NCBI GenBank assembly: GCA_030265395.1
Contig: JARFYF010000036.1
Location: forward strand, 26,209,264 to 26,273,156
From: Rhina ancylostomus
Taxonomy: Eukaryota
Length of the DNA: 63,893 nucleotides
Direction of reading: 5' to 3'
Positions 1 to 13,656 of the stretch are shown here, one piece after another. The position numbers and the translations under genes were made by a program. The notes under the pieces are model-generated. The model ran no database searches, was not told the origin of the DNA, and worked only from the letters and a program-made list of their open reading frames with translations. Within the stretch, counting starts at the first letter, position 1; each line of letters starts with the position of its first letter.

Positions 1-240
1 CTCACAATCCCAGACATGCCCTCTTTGTGTTACTATCATCGGGGAGGAGGTACAGCAGCCTGAAGATCCACACTCCGCCTCAGATTTTTAAATGGTCCCC
101 AAACACTACCTTGTTATTCCTCTTTTGCAATTTTTTTTGGGGGGCAAGTTAGAGTAATTTTTTTAATGTCTTGCACTGTACTGCCAACGCAAAATAACAA
201 ACCTCACAACACAAGTGATAATAAACCCGATTTTGATTAT
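1..240 (+). mobile_element. Rex1/Babar-like LINE, 3' end fragment
   Basis: Decayed RT C-terminus (...catcggggaggaggtacagcagcctgaagatccacac, ~SGRRYSSLKIH) followed by the 3' UTR tail gtcttgcactgtactgcc...gataataaacccgattttgatt. The same tail occurs at 26300-26565. Confidence 0.7.
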
Positions 241-269
241 TACAATTGACCGTTCTACTGTTTTCTCTA

Positions 270-660
270 TCCTAATTTGCATCAAGTCCCGTTCACCCAG
301 TGCCCTTACAGTGTTTTGTTCAGCAATATCTCCATTATAAAATTCTCTTGTTTTTACATCCATCCATTACTTCAGCCTTTTCTTTGATCTAATCCAGGTC
401 AGTCACATGCAGCCCTCTGCTCTCCTTCAGCCCTGGCTTATTGTATTACATTTTAAATGTTTCACTTAGATACCTTAGCCAAAGCTTTAGGATTTCTTCT
501 TTACCCCTTTCCTCCTCTAGTTCACTCCTCAGCACCTAGCTGTTTAATCAAACTTTTGGTCATCGTCTACAAAAGCCCCAAATATAACAGACTGACTAAT
601 TTTGTAATGTTCCAATGAATGAAGAACTATGGGACATTTTATTATATTAAAAAGGCACAG
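270..660 (+). mobile_element. L2 LINE 3' fragment, old
   Basis: caagtcccgttcaccca...taaaattctc...caaacttttggtcatc...tgggacatttttattatattaaaaaggc resembles the L2 3' end as I recall it. Confidence 0.65.
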
Positions 661-701
661 CATGAATCAGGTAGGATTTTTAAATGGTATTGATCTGGCT
701 T

Positions 702-715
702 GTTGCCATGGTAAA
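702..715. promoter_or_regulatory. RFX X-box-like motif
   Basis: GTTGCCATGGTAAA matches the X-box GTTGCCATGGYAAC at 13/14 positions. Motif match only. Confidence 0.3.
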
Positions 716-1577
716 AAGTAAATATTATAGCTGGGAATATCAAATGGGAAGAATATCCAGCTAAGAGTTGTCAAATAGATTGGGCTAGGTTAGATGACTA
801 GGTGACTGTGATCACAGGAAGATGCTGAGAACCACAGTTGTACCACTTCCTATGTATTGGTGCAAAAAATGTTACAGGCTGCTAGTGAGCTGCACAACTT
901 AGCAATAATTTTAACATGGTAACAAATAATAGTTTATCATTTATATTCACTGCTCAGAGGAAATAGGTAATCGTGATATGCCCTGATCTAAATATTGGCA
1001 GTTTGCTGGGTCTTCTAAATTATTTGGTTACATTTGTAGTTAATATTCTGGAGCCAAACCACAGAAATCTAATTCGTCCTTTGACAGTAAGAAAGTAACT
1101 ACAGTAAACATCTACTGCTAGATCACCCACCATTCCCTGCCAGTCGGGAAAAGCGATCTGGGATTGTAAAGCCCTTGCAAAAAGTGATGAGGGATCAATA
1201 CATCAATAAAGTAGAAAGATGCATGGGATGAAAGTAGGTTTTGAAAATCCAAGACAATGAACTATGCTTGAAAAGGCTTCAATGCCTACAATAGAACTCT
1301 TAAGTCTCCAGGAAAAACCACCAGAGACCATATAATTACCATTTCCCAAAACTAAACTGGAGAAACTAAAAGCACTTCACTTATTTGCATTTTCTACATT
1401 TACATGCATCTCTGATCATCTGCCTCAAGGTCTCAAATTTTATTAATAACAGATCACAAGGTCCCAGATTAACACATCCTTTTCTCTGGTGCAATATTTC
1501 TTGGCCCAGCTAGCGATCATTCACAATTCCACCATGCTGGATTCCACTGTGTTTTGTTACTTCACGATACATGTCAA

Positions 1578-2020
1578 CCGAGGCTCAGTTGGCGGATCTC
1601 TCATCCCAGTCGGAAGATTGTAGGTTCATACTCCAATGCTTTGAGCACAAAATTCAGTCACATACTCCACAGCAACACTGAGGGGTGTGCTGCACTGTTG
1701 GAAGTGCCAATGTTAGGATAAGATATTTAATCGGAGGCCCCGACTGCCCCCTTGAGCAAATGCAAGCAATCCTGCAGCACCTTTCCAAAGTAGGATGGTT
1801 CTTCACTGTGCCCTGGCCAATATTTATCCCCGAACTAATATTACTAGAAACAGATTATCTGCTTATCACATTTTTCATGACAACTTGCTATACACAAACT
1901 AACTGCCATATTTCCTACAACTGTGCCTACATTTCAAAGATTTATTTGCAAGTGTGAAGTGGTTTGGGGATGTTGTGAGAACACGAAAGGTGCTGTAAAA
2001 AAATTAAAAGCTTTCCCTTT
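1578..2020 (+). mobile_element. Deu-domain SINE (SacSINE1/AmnSINE1-like), near full length
   Basis: tRNA-like head (ggctcagttgg...ggttca), Deu core (gaggccccgactgccc...ccctggccaatatttatccc...cagattatctg) and L2-like tail (tttggggatg...gaaaggtgctgtaaa). Confidence 0.85.
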
Positions 2021-3143
2021 TCAATTTGGTCCTGAGCTCTTACTCAAGGATGGGAGTAAAATGCTTGGTCAATGGGTCATCGATGGCTGTTGTGGTTAAA
2101 AAGGAATATTTCAAGTCATATCTGCAGCAGTCATGCCTTTGATGACTGTATATAGAATACAGCACTTTATCAGGCTATTATGGTGCCTTATCCAAGAATG
2201 TTTTTCCCAAGGATATGTTACATATGATTGTTGAGGAGTGTGTAGTAGTCTGAAAGTGGTGACGGTTCTATTTTGACCGCCATCCTCACTGTAGCTGAAT
2301 TTGTGCCTTCAAATGCAAAGCCTCCACTGCAGATGAATGTATTCATAAGCTAACAAAATATGATAACGAGAGGATAATGGTAAAACTTACAGCATGGAGG
2401 CGTCATGAAGTGGAAGGACAGTGGTTCAAATTCACCCCTGCAAAATTATCCCGATCTCAGTCATAACTGTGGTAAATATTTAACCTGCACTTGGTATCTA
2501 CCCAAAAAGGCGGAGAATATTGGGCAGGCCACAGCTCTACACTTCTGAATAACCACTGATAAATGGAATCAGTAGAGACCTGGGAGGCAATTGCACACCT
2601 TCTCTCTGTCACAGCAGATGCCTGGCCCAACGAAACCTGCACAGGGTAAAACACAGAGATTTCAATCTGCCTCGTACAAAGTAATTAAACATCTAACACT
2701 CAATACCCAATTTCACTTGGTTTAGGATTTCAATTCCTTTTTAATGGCGTGGAAGAAATAAACAACATTCTCAAAATGAAGACTCTCAATAAACCAAAAA
2801 ATAATAATCACCCCTCAACAGATGTCAGACTGACAAGGGTTCCCCAAAAGGATTTCTACTTTATCTCAGCTGAAGAGCAGATTGATAATAGCAGTGGTGC
2901 CATTCACTAGCAATGGCATCGCCAGAGTTAGGCAGCTCCAAGAGGCAAACGTTCATTGTTGTACATCTACCAATCCATTTGTGTCTTACTGGCAGACTTG
3001 TACCATCTAAAGTCCTATAGACAAATTACTGGGATGTCTGAATACTAGGATGTCACAAGGAGGTCATAACATTCCATTAACTTCATCTTGTTCAATTCCA
3101 CCATATACTCAATAAAGAACATCTAAAATAGTAACAGATTTAC

Positions 3144-3270
3144 CTTTGGCATGACTTGCTCCACATGTGCATCAGTCTCTTCCAGTTCTATACAAACAAT
3201 CCCTTTTCAGCCAGTTCCAACAATTCTTGTTGCAGGAGACCAGAAAGTGTTGCTGCACATCTTTACTGAC
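3144..3270 (-). other. Internal exon (127 nt) of an unidentified minus-strand gene, probably 5' UTR or start-codon exon
   Basis: On the minus strand: branch-point-like TTCTAAT, then cttgttttctatacAG|GTCAG...CCAAAG|GTAAAT. All three frames contain a stop. ATGs near the 3' end could begin MPK- or MHMWSKSCQ-. No repeat similarity recognised. Confidence 0.65.
3207..3260 (-). CDS. Candidate uORF MCSNTFWSPATRIVGTG* inside the 127-nt exon
   Basis: ATG at exon position 11 with A at -3 (AAGATG); 17 codons then TGA. Translation is unproven. Confidence 0.25.
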   Translation of the reverse strand: MCSNTFWSPATRIVGTG

Positions 3271-3627
3271 CTGTATAGAAAACAAGCCCAATTAGAAATA
3301 TCAAATTAATTTCATTAAGCAGCATTGTTTGTGAACAAAAGCAGCTATAGCTCTCATGACACTGTCTCGACCAAACATTCATAATTCAGAGTTTTTATGA
3401 GCCCCTATTATCAAGTAATATTACTAGCCTGGAAATAACTTTAAAAAAAACTTGCCAAATGGTCTCCATTCTAGCAAAAGATTCAGTTCGCCAAGACTAA
3501 ATTAATTTCAAGTATGACCTTTTGTTATTCAGTAAACTTTCTTTAAATGCAAAGATAAATCGCCATTTACCAAGATCTAGACCTTCTTTGTATGAAAACT
3601 CATTAGATTAGGTATAAGCAGATCCTA

Positions 3628-3780
3628 CTGTAGCATTCAAAGGAGATCTGAATGAGCATCTTAAAAGGAAAGAATTTTCAGGGCTATGGATTAGGGGTAG
3701 GGGAGTAGGACTTGGATTGTTCATATAAGAGTCGTATGGACTTGACAAGAACAATGATTTTCTTCCGTGCAGTGATCAGT
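3628..3780 (+). mobile_element. CR1 LINE 3' tail fragment
   Basis: gcattcaaaggagatctgaatgagcatcttaaaagg...cagggctatggattaggg...ttcttccgtgcagtga resembles a CR1 3' end. Confidence 0.6.
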
Positions 3781-5074
3781 TATTTTATTACCCTGACTGA
3801 TCAATACAGTATTCACAAAATGGAACAAAATTAGATTACTGTTAATAGCTCAAGTCAAGCTACAAAATTAACAAGAATACTGTGTGGTATGGTTAACAAC
3901 AGGCAGCATTTCATAGGAACAATTTGATTCAAAATCATTAATGGACGCACTGGGTCAAATCTCGCCAGCATTCAGCTACTCCTAGCCAGGACCAACTAAG
4001 TGATGCAAGCCAAATGGAAGCCACTGGTGGAGCACAAACATGTTGGGATTCCTCGGCACCTTATTGGGAAACCTGCCCCAGAAATCCCACACCAGCAAAA
4101 CCTGGCGAGGATCAGAATCCCCATTCATCTGAACAGGATCCCACTCACAGAAATTAAGGCAAGCCCAGTTTTTAATTTCACTTTTGCTTATTAATTATGT
4201 TTCAATTAAATTGTTAATCTATTAAAATAATTTTAATTGGTTTTCAATGTCTGAGCATATCAGCCACCTGAAAATTCTTACATAATTAGTCAGGGGGTGA
4301 NNNNNNNNNNNNNNNNNNNNNNNNNNNNNNNNNNNNNNNNNNNNNNNNNNNTCAAAACCTCAGCTGTGCACCAGGCGAGGCCTCGTTGCTACATGAGTCT
4401 GTGGATGAGGGTCACAGACAGCGGGTGCCACTCATCTGTATGGGATAGAACAAATATGGGCAAGAGGGAAGTGATGGGGGTGGAGTCGAACTGAATACCA
4501 CTTGTCCCGCTGCCATCGCGAGGCATTCAGAATTATTCCAAAAATTTGCAGGATGCATTAAAGCTGCTTTCTAATGTTACTTTTGCACACACACCAATAA
4601 ACTGCTGCTTACCAGTTGTTTTAATTTATGATGAGGTAATTAATGGATTATAATGGAACTCAAAAGAGCAGAAATTTGTTAATAATGGAGTTTCAAATTA
4701 AGAATAATCGACTGCATTATTCTTCTTTTTACAAATATACATATTCAGTATTATTAACAAGAGGTATCACTGTTCAATGATGTGAATCAATGGATGAAAT
4801 TTATCAAATCATTTGGCATTTTAACTAACCACTTTTGAAACTATTTTGGTCAATAAGAGTTAACATCAAGGAAGTCAAACAGTTATAAAAAGTAAAGCAA
4901 AATTTATTTTTTTTTAAAAAACACACAAAACACAATATTTTCTATTTGTGAACAAGATTTTAAAAAGCATTTCACTGCACATTTGGCTTGAAGATTTTTT
5001 TTAAAAACAAGTCATTTCCTAGTGTTGTGCCAAGAACACAGAGTATATTTCCTATTACTGTTAATTGTACATTT

Positions 5075-5093
5075 TCTCCACTAGGTGGTAGAA
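5075..5093 (+). promoter_or_regulatory. CTCF-like motif (forward)
   Basis: tctCCACTAGGTGGTagaa compared with core CCACYAGRKGGC; one mismatch. Confidence 0.35.
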
Positions 5094-5214
5094 AGACTGA
5101 GCAGATGCAACAAGGATGAAATTTATTTCACGAAAAACCTCAGCTCACCTGTAATTGACACCATTACACACACGGTAGTTTTAAACATACAAGACATGAA
5201 ATCAAGTTAAAGTA

Positions 5215-5490
5215 CATCTGCACCTGACCACCTGTTCATTCCCAAATTTTATCACTCGACTATCAGCGATCATGCCTTGGTTAACCTTTGCCCCAAGCTC
5301 AGAAATTCCCTTCTTCAATCCCTCCACTCTACTTTCTCCTTCAATTTAATATTTTAAAACCACTTTCATGGGCAAGCTTTAGCCAACTCAATTAATATCA
5401 CATGTCGCTCAATGTTAAACTTTGCATAACATTTCTGTGAAAAATCCCGGCACATTTACTATGGGAAAGGCATTATATAAATACAAGATC
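5215..5490 (+). mobile_element. L2 LINE 3' fragment
   Basis: ccccaagctcagaaattccctt...ttaaaaccac...caagcttt...ggaaaggcattatataaatacaag is an L2-type tail. Confidence 0.65.
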
Positions 5491-8400
5491 CTCTTTTAAA
5501 TAATTATACACATACATCCATAATTGTATCACGTATAACACCTCGTTTGTAGCCAATGCAACAGCTGTGAGAGGCAAAGAGATTTCGGTCATAGTATATT
5601 TTGTTGTACCTGCACAATGTTGCAAATTATACACTCAGGAACAGAATTGGTAAAGTCATTTGAAAATTAGTCTGTTACATTGTATCTACACATCATATAG
5701 ATGTGTAGTTGAAAAGCAAAGCACACGTAGCAAAATGTGCAGCACTTTACAGATACCCACTTGTGCACAACTGGTGATCATTGTACCATAGCAAGAGTGT
5801 AGTACATTTGGCCCAGACTTCCCTGTAGTAAGGAAAACGATTGGTGTGCACTATTATTCCATGAAGAAACTTCAGAATATCTCCAATAAGCTGTGCAAAC
5901 AAAAATCTCAAGGATGTTGTCAAAGTTTCAGCATGACTTCCGAGGCAGGACTGTCTACAGCTTTCTTCCATGGAATCAATTGAAATTACTTGGGCTGATG
6001 TGAATTTCTACTGTGTACAAAGTAAATCAAAGCAGAAACATCCTGAAAACCTTACACCATTAAACGTAGTCCAAGTGAGATTTTAATGACATTTATAGAT
6101 TTATAATATTTATAGCTCAGCATAACTATTTGCTCCCCAAAGTGTATCTATGTTCAAATTTTAATTTTATTTTGACATATGATATTTCACCTACTTTAAC
6201 AGTAGATTACCATCTTTATTTAGCACTTCAGTGTTCTGCATAATATTCAAAATGAATAATTGTTTCTTGTGGAAAAGGGGAAGCATTTGTGACAGATCAC
6301 CAAACCCTTGTGGAGAACTTTATTTCTGAGGTCAACAGTGAACACCCTTCGTAGCCCTGACACAAATTCTAAGCCATCAAATACAGTACTATAACATGCA
6401 TGTATGCTGCAGAATAGTACAAGATGTTTTAAGAATATGCTTTCTAAATATCAGACCCAATACCACACAATTTGTTAATGGCATAGCATTAGGAAGTATT
6501 GCATAATTTTAGCTTTCTAAATAAAAACCAAGTGCCTCTCCAAGAAATAAGTAGTACTTTGAGTTGTAAGATTTTTACAGTAAGAACTAGAGCAAAGATG
6601 ATCTTCCTAGGCAGTCGCTTGTGGTCAAGGAGACTTACTTCCACTCTTAATTTACAGTGAAAGATGCCACTATGTCCCTTTTTTAACATGGGGGGTGGGT
6701 GGGCATTGCACCCCAGCTACAACACAGACTTATGCCAGTGGCAAGGAGGGCCAAGATTTTACTATGCACACAGTGGCAGAGTTTCTTTCAAAATCCCCCA
6801 TAATGTCATAACAGATAGAGGATTACGTGGTGGGGGGGGTGCATGTATTATGAGAATAAAGACCTTGAAATCAGGGATGTGAGGTATTGAGGGGGGGTGG
6901 TTAAGCAAATGATTGGGATGTGACTGGAGGCACCAAGGTGTGATGGATGGAAAACTATCACTACCCAGAAGAAGGCAAACTCTTTAGACTTTTTGGCAGT
7001 CAGCAAGTCAAATCAGTTAATGCCAAAGCAAGCCTCAAATCTCAGTTCAAAATCTGGTTCAGTGGTATATGCGCTTGTACCATTCATTGGTTTTTAAGTA
7101 TGGTACAAAGCCAACTGCCAGAGGATGACTTTAGCACACCATCATTTGCTCCAAGCTGAAATTGGTCCTCCATGCACAATTATTTGGACACCCTGGTGAA
7201 GGACTGCTTTCTTTTCTTCCCCCACAAGTCATTATGGAAATATTGTCATTCAAGTCATTCAAATGTAACAAAGAAATGTGGCATCTTTGTTTGTTCAAGT
7301 AGACATTCACGATCTCAAATGGAACAATTTGAACAGCTCAGAAAACACAATGCCCTGAACAATGTTCCATTCCAATCCATCAACATCAAAAGGTTATCAT
7401 CTCATTCATTTGTTAGAGGCATTTGTTACATTCAGAAGGTACTCTGAAGGTAGCATGTCTATCGAGACAAAATTATACTTCAAATATAGTGTAATGGCAT
7501 TAAAGCACTGTGGATATTCAAAGGAATGTGGTACTGCTCGCGCATAAATACACATCTGTTTTGAGACATAGAACACATATGACAGTTTAATATCTGCATG
7601 ACCATTTATCAGTATTACTGATTCAGAACTAAATCTCAGAAGTGTTATCTTCTGTTCTTGCTACTGCTCCAGTATTCATAATAGGCAACAAAAAAAAGGC
7701 AACATTTCCTAAACTGTAGAATGTTCTGCTTTTATGATTGTAATCAGATCACAATTCACAAAACAAAACTTTTGGGGTAACTAGAGACCACAGGCCATTT
7801 ACAGAAAGGTTTTAGGCCAGAAATACTGTTTCCCAGTCAATTAATAGCATAGACGTGTGATCAGTCACTTAAATATCTCATGAGAGACCCTTTTGAACAT
7901 CGCTCTAGCTGTTTACTACACTAACTATACTTTCCTACAGTACACTAATACACCTGAGGAACTACAATTCTTCATTTGGACTAAAAGGCTCTTGAACACT
8001 TGGTCAGACACCAAGTTATCATGCTTTTCCTTCTTAACACTTAATTTTCTCAGCCTCACTGCTTAGCACCACAATCTTATAGGTTATCCTTAATATTGTA
8101 GCTAAGTTGAAAGCATAATTATCCTGGATTTAGTAAAATGTTATTGCAGTAAGGAGATGTGGAACAATTGTAAATACAGAATATGACAACCTGCCAAAAA
8201 GTTAAATGTCCTAGCTCCAATATTAAAAAGGTGTCAAATAATGAAAGTATTTTCAATGGGCCACTTTCAAATGACAGTACTGTAGTGTTCGAAAAAAGCC
8301 CTAAAAGAAATGGCAAAAGGCTGAGAGCAAAGGGTTTACATGTTCTGGAAGAGTGAATGTGATTGCTTTTAAGACCATCAGACTTTAGAATATTTAAGCT

Positions 8401-11200
8401 GCATATTAGTTATTTGATATGATTCAATTACTTTACCAATACTTATTCACTATCCATATCTATCCACAACAGCCAAAACTTAACCAGATGAATTCTCAAT
8501 AATCACAGAACAATTAGTCACCTATTATCTTTAAATATTTACTTTAAATGAGTTCATTGAAATATTGACAGAGGTCATCGAAACAAGTAAATTACACTTG
8601 AATCCACCATCATCAAGCAGTAGTTTTCAACTAACAAATCCATGTAGTTAGACACACACAATCAAAGTTCTTATTGCTTTGGCACTGGGTCAAAGACACA
8701 AGTTTCAAAACAAATTGTAGGAATAAAAACATTGAACTCATCTCAAATCAACACAACTTTTCCAGATTTCCCACCTCCACCCGCAATTCCTTACCCCCCT
8801 CTATTAACCCCATATTTTCCTTAAATGGCCAGTCATGTTCATGTTTGATTATTTCAATTGCATTTACTGATGTGAAGAGGATGGGGCTGGAACTATTTCA
8901 AAACTCAATACTTTCAAGTTCTTCCCTTATATTCTCTGGTGTGAATATATTGGAATCCTGGCCTTTCTTTGGAAGAAGGTGTTCATTACTTTGTGATGAA
9001 AGTTCGACACTATAGTATACTGATGTACGACATCAACAAAACCTTTTTAATATGCCTATAATCTGTGAAACACGAGTCACAAGAAAATATGTGCCACTAT
9101 ATACCAAGGTATGTTGACTGGATGGAGTACAAGTTTACAGTGTTTGCCTTTAAACTGCAAGTTAATTATTGGCCTTCCATTTTGCTGAGTAGCAAGCTTA
9201 TTTTCTCTCATGCTGTTTGAACCTTCTACCACACAATCAGTTTCCATTTCCACAAACCATGAACAAATTCTTAGAAATGAAACCTAACTGATCTAATGCA
9301 CCATACATGCTCTTCAACTGAAGTTATCTACTCTAATGCCTTGAATCAAGCCATTCAAAAAGAGACTGCAGTCATCTTTAAACCTAGAAGTGAATTCACT
9401 AAAAAGATACACAGATCCTTCCCCAACAACCTGGCAATATTTTCAAGTTGTGTTACACTTGTAAAATTTTGTATTCTTTAGGTCAGTCACTGACACAGTA
9501 CAGACAACTATACATATCTCACACACACACACAAATTGCAAAGAAATCCAATTGCATCAACAGTTTACTGCCTCCCTTAATCCAGATAAAAATCACATGA
9601 AGTTGGATGAGCAAACGAAAGACAGAGGAAATGATTACCTAATTGAAATCAGAACTCCTTATGCTGCAGCAGCAACATCACTTCCTGCAAGAAGTCTAAA
9701 ATTCCTCCAAAGATGCAAGGAACTGATTTTAAACAGGAACATCGATGAGGAACAAAGGGCTCATCTCCAGCAAACACATCTACTTATAGTTGCATAAAAA
9801 TCCTTATGCACAAACTACAAACAAAGTAAAATTAGTCAGTTCTTTTCAATGACGTTAGGAAGCAATTTCCATTCTGCTTTGGCATCTACTCAAATTATGA
9901 TTTCCAATCCTTCCAAATTGTGAATTTTTCCTAATGTAAAGCCTGTTTCCGAGCAATCCCACATACCTGTTGATATAATATCAACTCCAATCTCTGGGTC
10001 ACAGATTAGTTGCTCTACAATTTTTGTTTACAGAAGTACTGCAAAAAAAAATATCCAACATATTCCTTTCGTACCCAGTTCATACACAAATGTTGTCACT
10101 GGAGATGTGACAAATTGAAGGTTTGTATAACCCTGAAAGGGGAGTATTTATAAAAGTGAAATTGTATGTTTATTCATCTCACCAAAACCAACATTTTAAA
10201 AAGGGTAGAGAAACCAAGGAACCCATAACAGCACAAAATAAGTGTAACAGTACAGATTCAGATTTGTAGGAGTAAGGTTCCTGTTCATCATATGGCAAGT
10301 TACATTAGTTCTAATTTTGACAAATCACAAGGAGGTGAAAAGTTGTTATTCTGGCATACCAATTGCTGCCAAAGGCAATAGAGTAAAATGGCTTGGATAG
10401 AATCCAGAACAAAGGCCCTCAAGCCAAGCAAATAGTCAAGTCAATAGCAACCAAGAACTTGATCTGGCACATAATAAGCTAAAACAGGCAGTACCCAACA
10501 GCTCAAGGGTAAAATGAAAAAGACACAACCCAAACAGGACATCAAAGGACGTAACCTTTAGAGTAGTTTAATTGTTAATTAGTAGTTTAATTTAAAGGTA
10601 GATTAATTGCTGTGTCTTTCAGAGTGCATCCAAGGCACATTGAAACAAATGGCTGCCTTGAAGTTTGATAATCTGATTGAAATTCTGCTAACGAAATCTG
10701 GACCAACTTATTGGTATTTTAGCTAAGAATCAATACTTAAAAAGTGGCACATCCTCAAACAGGGTCAAGAACCTGGCCTACATTAAAAAAAACAAAGTTT
10801 ATCATGGAAAATGATAATCTAGATGTTAAAGGATAACATCTGTAAAACCACAATGAATTGTACAAAACTATGAAAGATGTTTGGTCCCATCTTGTTAGCC
10901 ACAATGAGCCCGAGGCATGTCAAATATTGCCACAGTTAAAGCAGTGATCGTGCCAACATTTAAGGAGGGAGGTTGGCAAAGGAAAGTGGAATAAAACTAA
11001 AACATGGGTACATTGTGGACACATGGGATTATGCCTACATTGTATAGAAGATAAGTCCTGATGTGGCTGGTTGGGTCAGTCCGATTCTACATGCTTGTTT
11101 AATTTTGAAAATGAATCTTGACCCTACAGGATTGCTCAGCAGTCTTGCTAGCACAGAAAAGGCAAATTTAGTACATTTAAAAGCTCCAACTTTTCATTCA

Positions 11201-11204
<4 letters not shown>

Positions 11205-11277
<73 letters not shown>

Positions 11278-11377
11278 NNNNNNNNNNNNNNNNNNNNNNN
11301 NNNNNNNNNNNNNNNNNNNNNNNNNNNNNNNNNNNNNNNNNNNNNNNNNNNNNNNNNNNNNNNNNNNNNNNNNNNNN

Positions 11378-11417
<40 letters not shown>
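11205..11417. repeat. Compound (TG)n/(AG)n microsatellite spanning a 100-N gap
   Basis: Directly visible. It explains the CVCV/HTHT/ERER ORFs. Confidence 0.98.
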
Positions 11418-11421
<4 letters not shown>

Positions 11422-12524
11422 CAAATAAGATTGCCAGCACTTAAGTATTTCCAAAAGGCTTACATTGAGACACACACATACAGAATGCATTTATGACCAA
11501 GTATTTTCACTTTATTTTGAAAATGAGCAAATTGAAAGCAAGCTGAAGTTATACTAGCGTGTTGTTAATTATGCAAATTTACCATATCCTTTGTTAAATA
11601 ATCTAACTCTGAAAACTTAAAAGGCACTTCAGAGGGCAAGTTTATATTTAAATAGCTCCTCAGTGTATTCCTACAATGCCTTGTTACCAATGTTATAGCT
11701 AATATGTGATAACCACCATGCAAAAATCCCTCATTACAACGAAAGATGACTGAGTGCACAGTTTTATTTTTGTTGCTGCTGCTGCCCTGGAAGAGGTTGA
11801 CATGACACTGGGAGAATGCCCAATTAAAAGATTAAAGCCCATTTTAAATTTTCATTTTAAGGAGGAGATTTCTGAGGATATTGTACCTTCTCTATGAAGT
11901 CAAGTCCAGACAAGCTATTAAAAGGTGAATGGGAAATTTTTAAAAAGGCTGATTTAGTTCCTTTTTCCCCCCCCCAGATATGTCACCTTGGACAAGTATT
12001 GCATCACAGGAAAAATAAAAATACAGCACAGAACACTTCTTCCTACACAGCATCCATGTTTTTGTGTCCTCCACCCTGCAAAATTTCAATGTCATTTTAA
12101 TTTGCAAAAAGAGAACCTTATAGGTCCAAGTTATCATTTCACAGTGAATGAAGTTTTGGTGAGCATGTAATGAGGCAATGCTTCATTCTATTCTAGTTAT
12201 CAACACAATGGTGAACACAAAAAACACCCTGTTTGGAGGGCTGTGGGAAGGGACAATATAATCAAGCTGATCCAATTACCAAAGCAGCTATTGATTTCTG
12301 TGCTTGTCAGAAATATAAACCACTGTGTTCACTTGATGCACTGCTCTGGTACCCCAAGTCTAGCATATTTTAATTCAAAAATATCAGAAAAAGGGGTTTA
12401 GTGCCACAAGAACTTTGTTTACTATGAAAGGAGCCAAAGAACAGTGCCAACCGAAGTTTGCAAAAACATTGGTGACAGAAGGGAAAACCAAACACCTATG
12501 AAGGGGTTTCTCCAAGCTTGAGCT

Positions 12525-12820
12525 ATCTTCTCCCAAAAATTAGTAATGGGGGTGAGGGCAGGAGACTACCAATGTACGAACTGCAAATCTTTCTACAGAT
12601 GGAGCAGCAGGTGGCTGAAGGGGCGAGAGGAAAGTTTGTGTGCTGGGTTTGCTCCTTCAGCCCCTTATACATATACAAGGTTTCTATATGTTTGATGTAA
12701 GACTCTAGGCTCTCAATGCCATCCATATGTTCGTTCTCCACTTTTGTTTGGAGATGACCAGAGATTCCTAGGAGTCATTGGAGATATTGCATTTCTTCAA
12801 GAAAGCTTTGAAGACATGCA
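12525..12820 (-). mobile_element. RTE-clade LINE 3' end
   Basis: Minus translation gives ...LKKCNISNDS*ESL... and ...DGIESLES...CSICRKICSSYIG, matching the RTE ORF C-terminus with its CxxC finger. Confidence 0.75.
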
Positions 12821-12867
12821 CTTTTTTTTGAACATTAAACAGCATCTGGAAACAGCTGGAAACCCAA

Positions 12868-13480
12868 ATTCAAAACAGAAAATGCTGGAAACATTCAGCA
12901 GGGTCATTGCAATTGTCCACCCACCCTGACCTGTCTGTGGTCTCCACGTGCCCAAGACAAGCATGTGAACAGCACCTCACCTTCCATCCAGGTACATTTC
13001 ACCACTTGCAACCTGATGTCGGATTCTACGACATCAAGTACAAGTGGTATTTTTCCAGTGTCGTATCACACCCAGCAAATTTCTGTTGCAAGCCATCTGT
13101 CTCTAACTTTACTATCCATTCACACGAACTGACCTGCTGGACAAGTCTGACTGCATTTTGCACCTTTTCACACCCCTCTGCCTGCCTGTCTTGTCACTTT
13201 CTAACTGCCCGCCTCATATTTTTTGTTTCATTTCTTTTGTTGTAACCATCGTCATTAACCATTGGGCTGATTGGCTTATACAGTTTATCTCCATAGCAAC
13301 CCTGGTCTCAGCCTATGAATGCTATTCCCTTTGTCCTATTCATTCCTTCCCCAACTTCTCTGCAATGTGTTTTCTCTCTGTCCCCATGTAACAAAGGGTC
13401 TTCAACCCCAAACATTAACTTGTATTTCATTTTCCACAGATGCTGTCTAACCTGTTGAGTGCTTCCAGCAGTTTTTCTGT
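12868..13480 (+). mobile_element. Penelope-like element remnant with inverted terminal pieces
   Basis: Starts aaaacagaaaatgctggaaacattcagcagg and ends cagatgctgtctaacctgttgagtgcttccagcagttttt. The internal gaacagcacctcaccttccat (EQHLTFH) matches the end of a PLE ORF. Confidence 0.7.
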
Positions 13481-13656
13481 CATTGAATATTTTCTTTTTC
13501 CCACCTGGTAATCTCTTCCAATAACAAAGCTCCAAAGACCTGTTTCCAGAAGCTTGTTTCAGGCATGCAAATGATTGAGTGTAACTAGGGCTTCACCTGT
13601 TGAGGACAACAATGTTGATTCACTCATCTTTCCAGTGAACTTGGAACATTTTGCAG

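Noticed and set aside
3144-3270. Selenoprotein reading (in-frame TGA) or a specific gene name for the exon
   Set aside because: No selenoprotein motif or SECIS was recognised, and no gene identity could be supported without a search.
5747-6045. 74-aa minus-strand ORF with several acceptor-like sites
   Set aside because: No recognisable domain and no convincing donor, so no consistent exon can be defined.
11063-11496. ORFs with CVCV/HTHT/ERER repeats
   Set aside because: These are translations of a microsatellite and an N gap.
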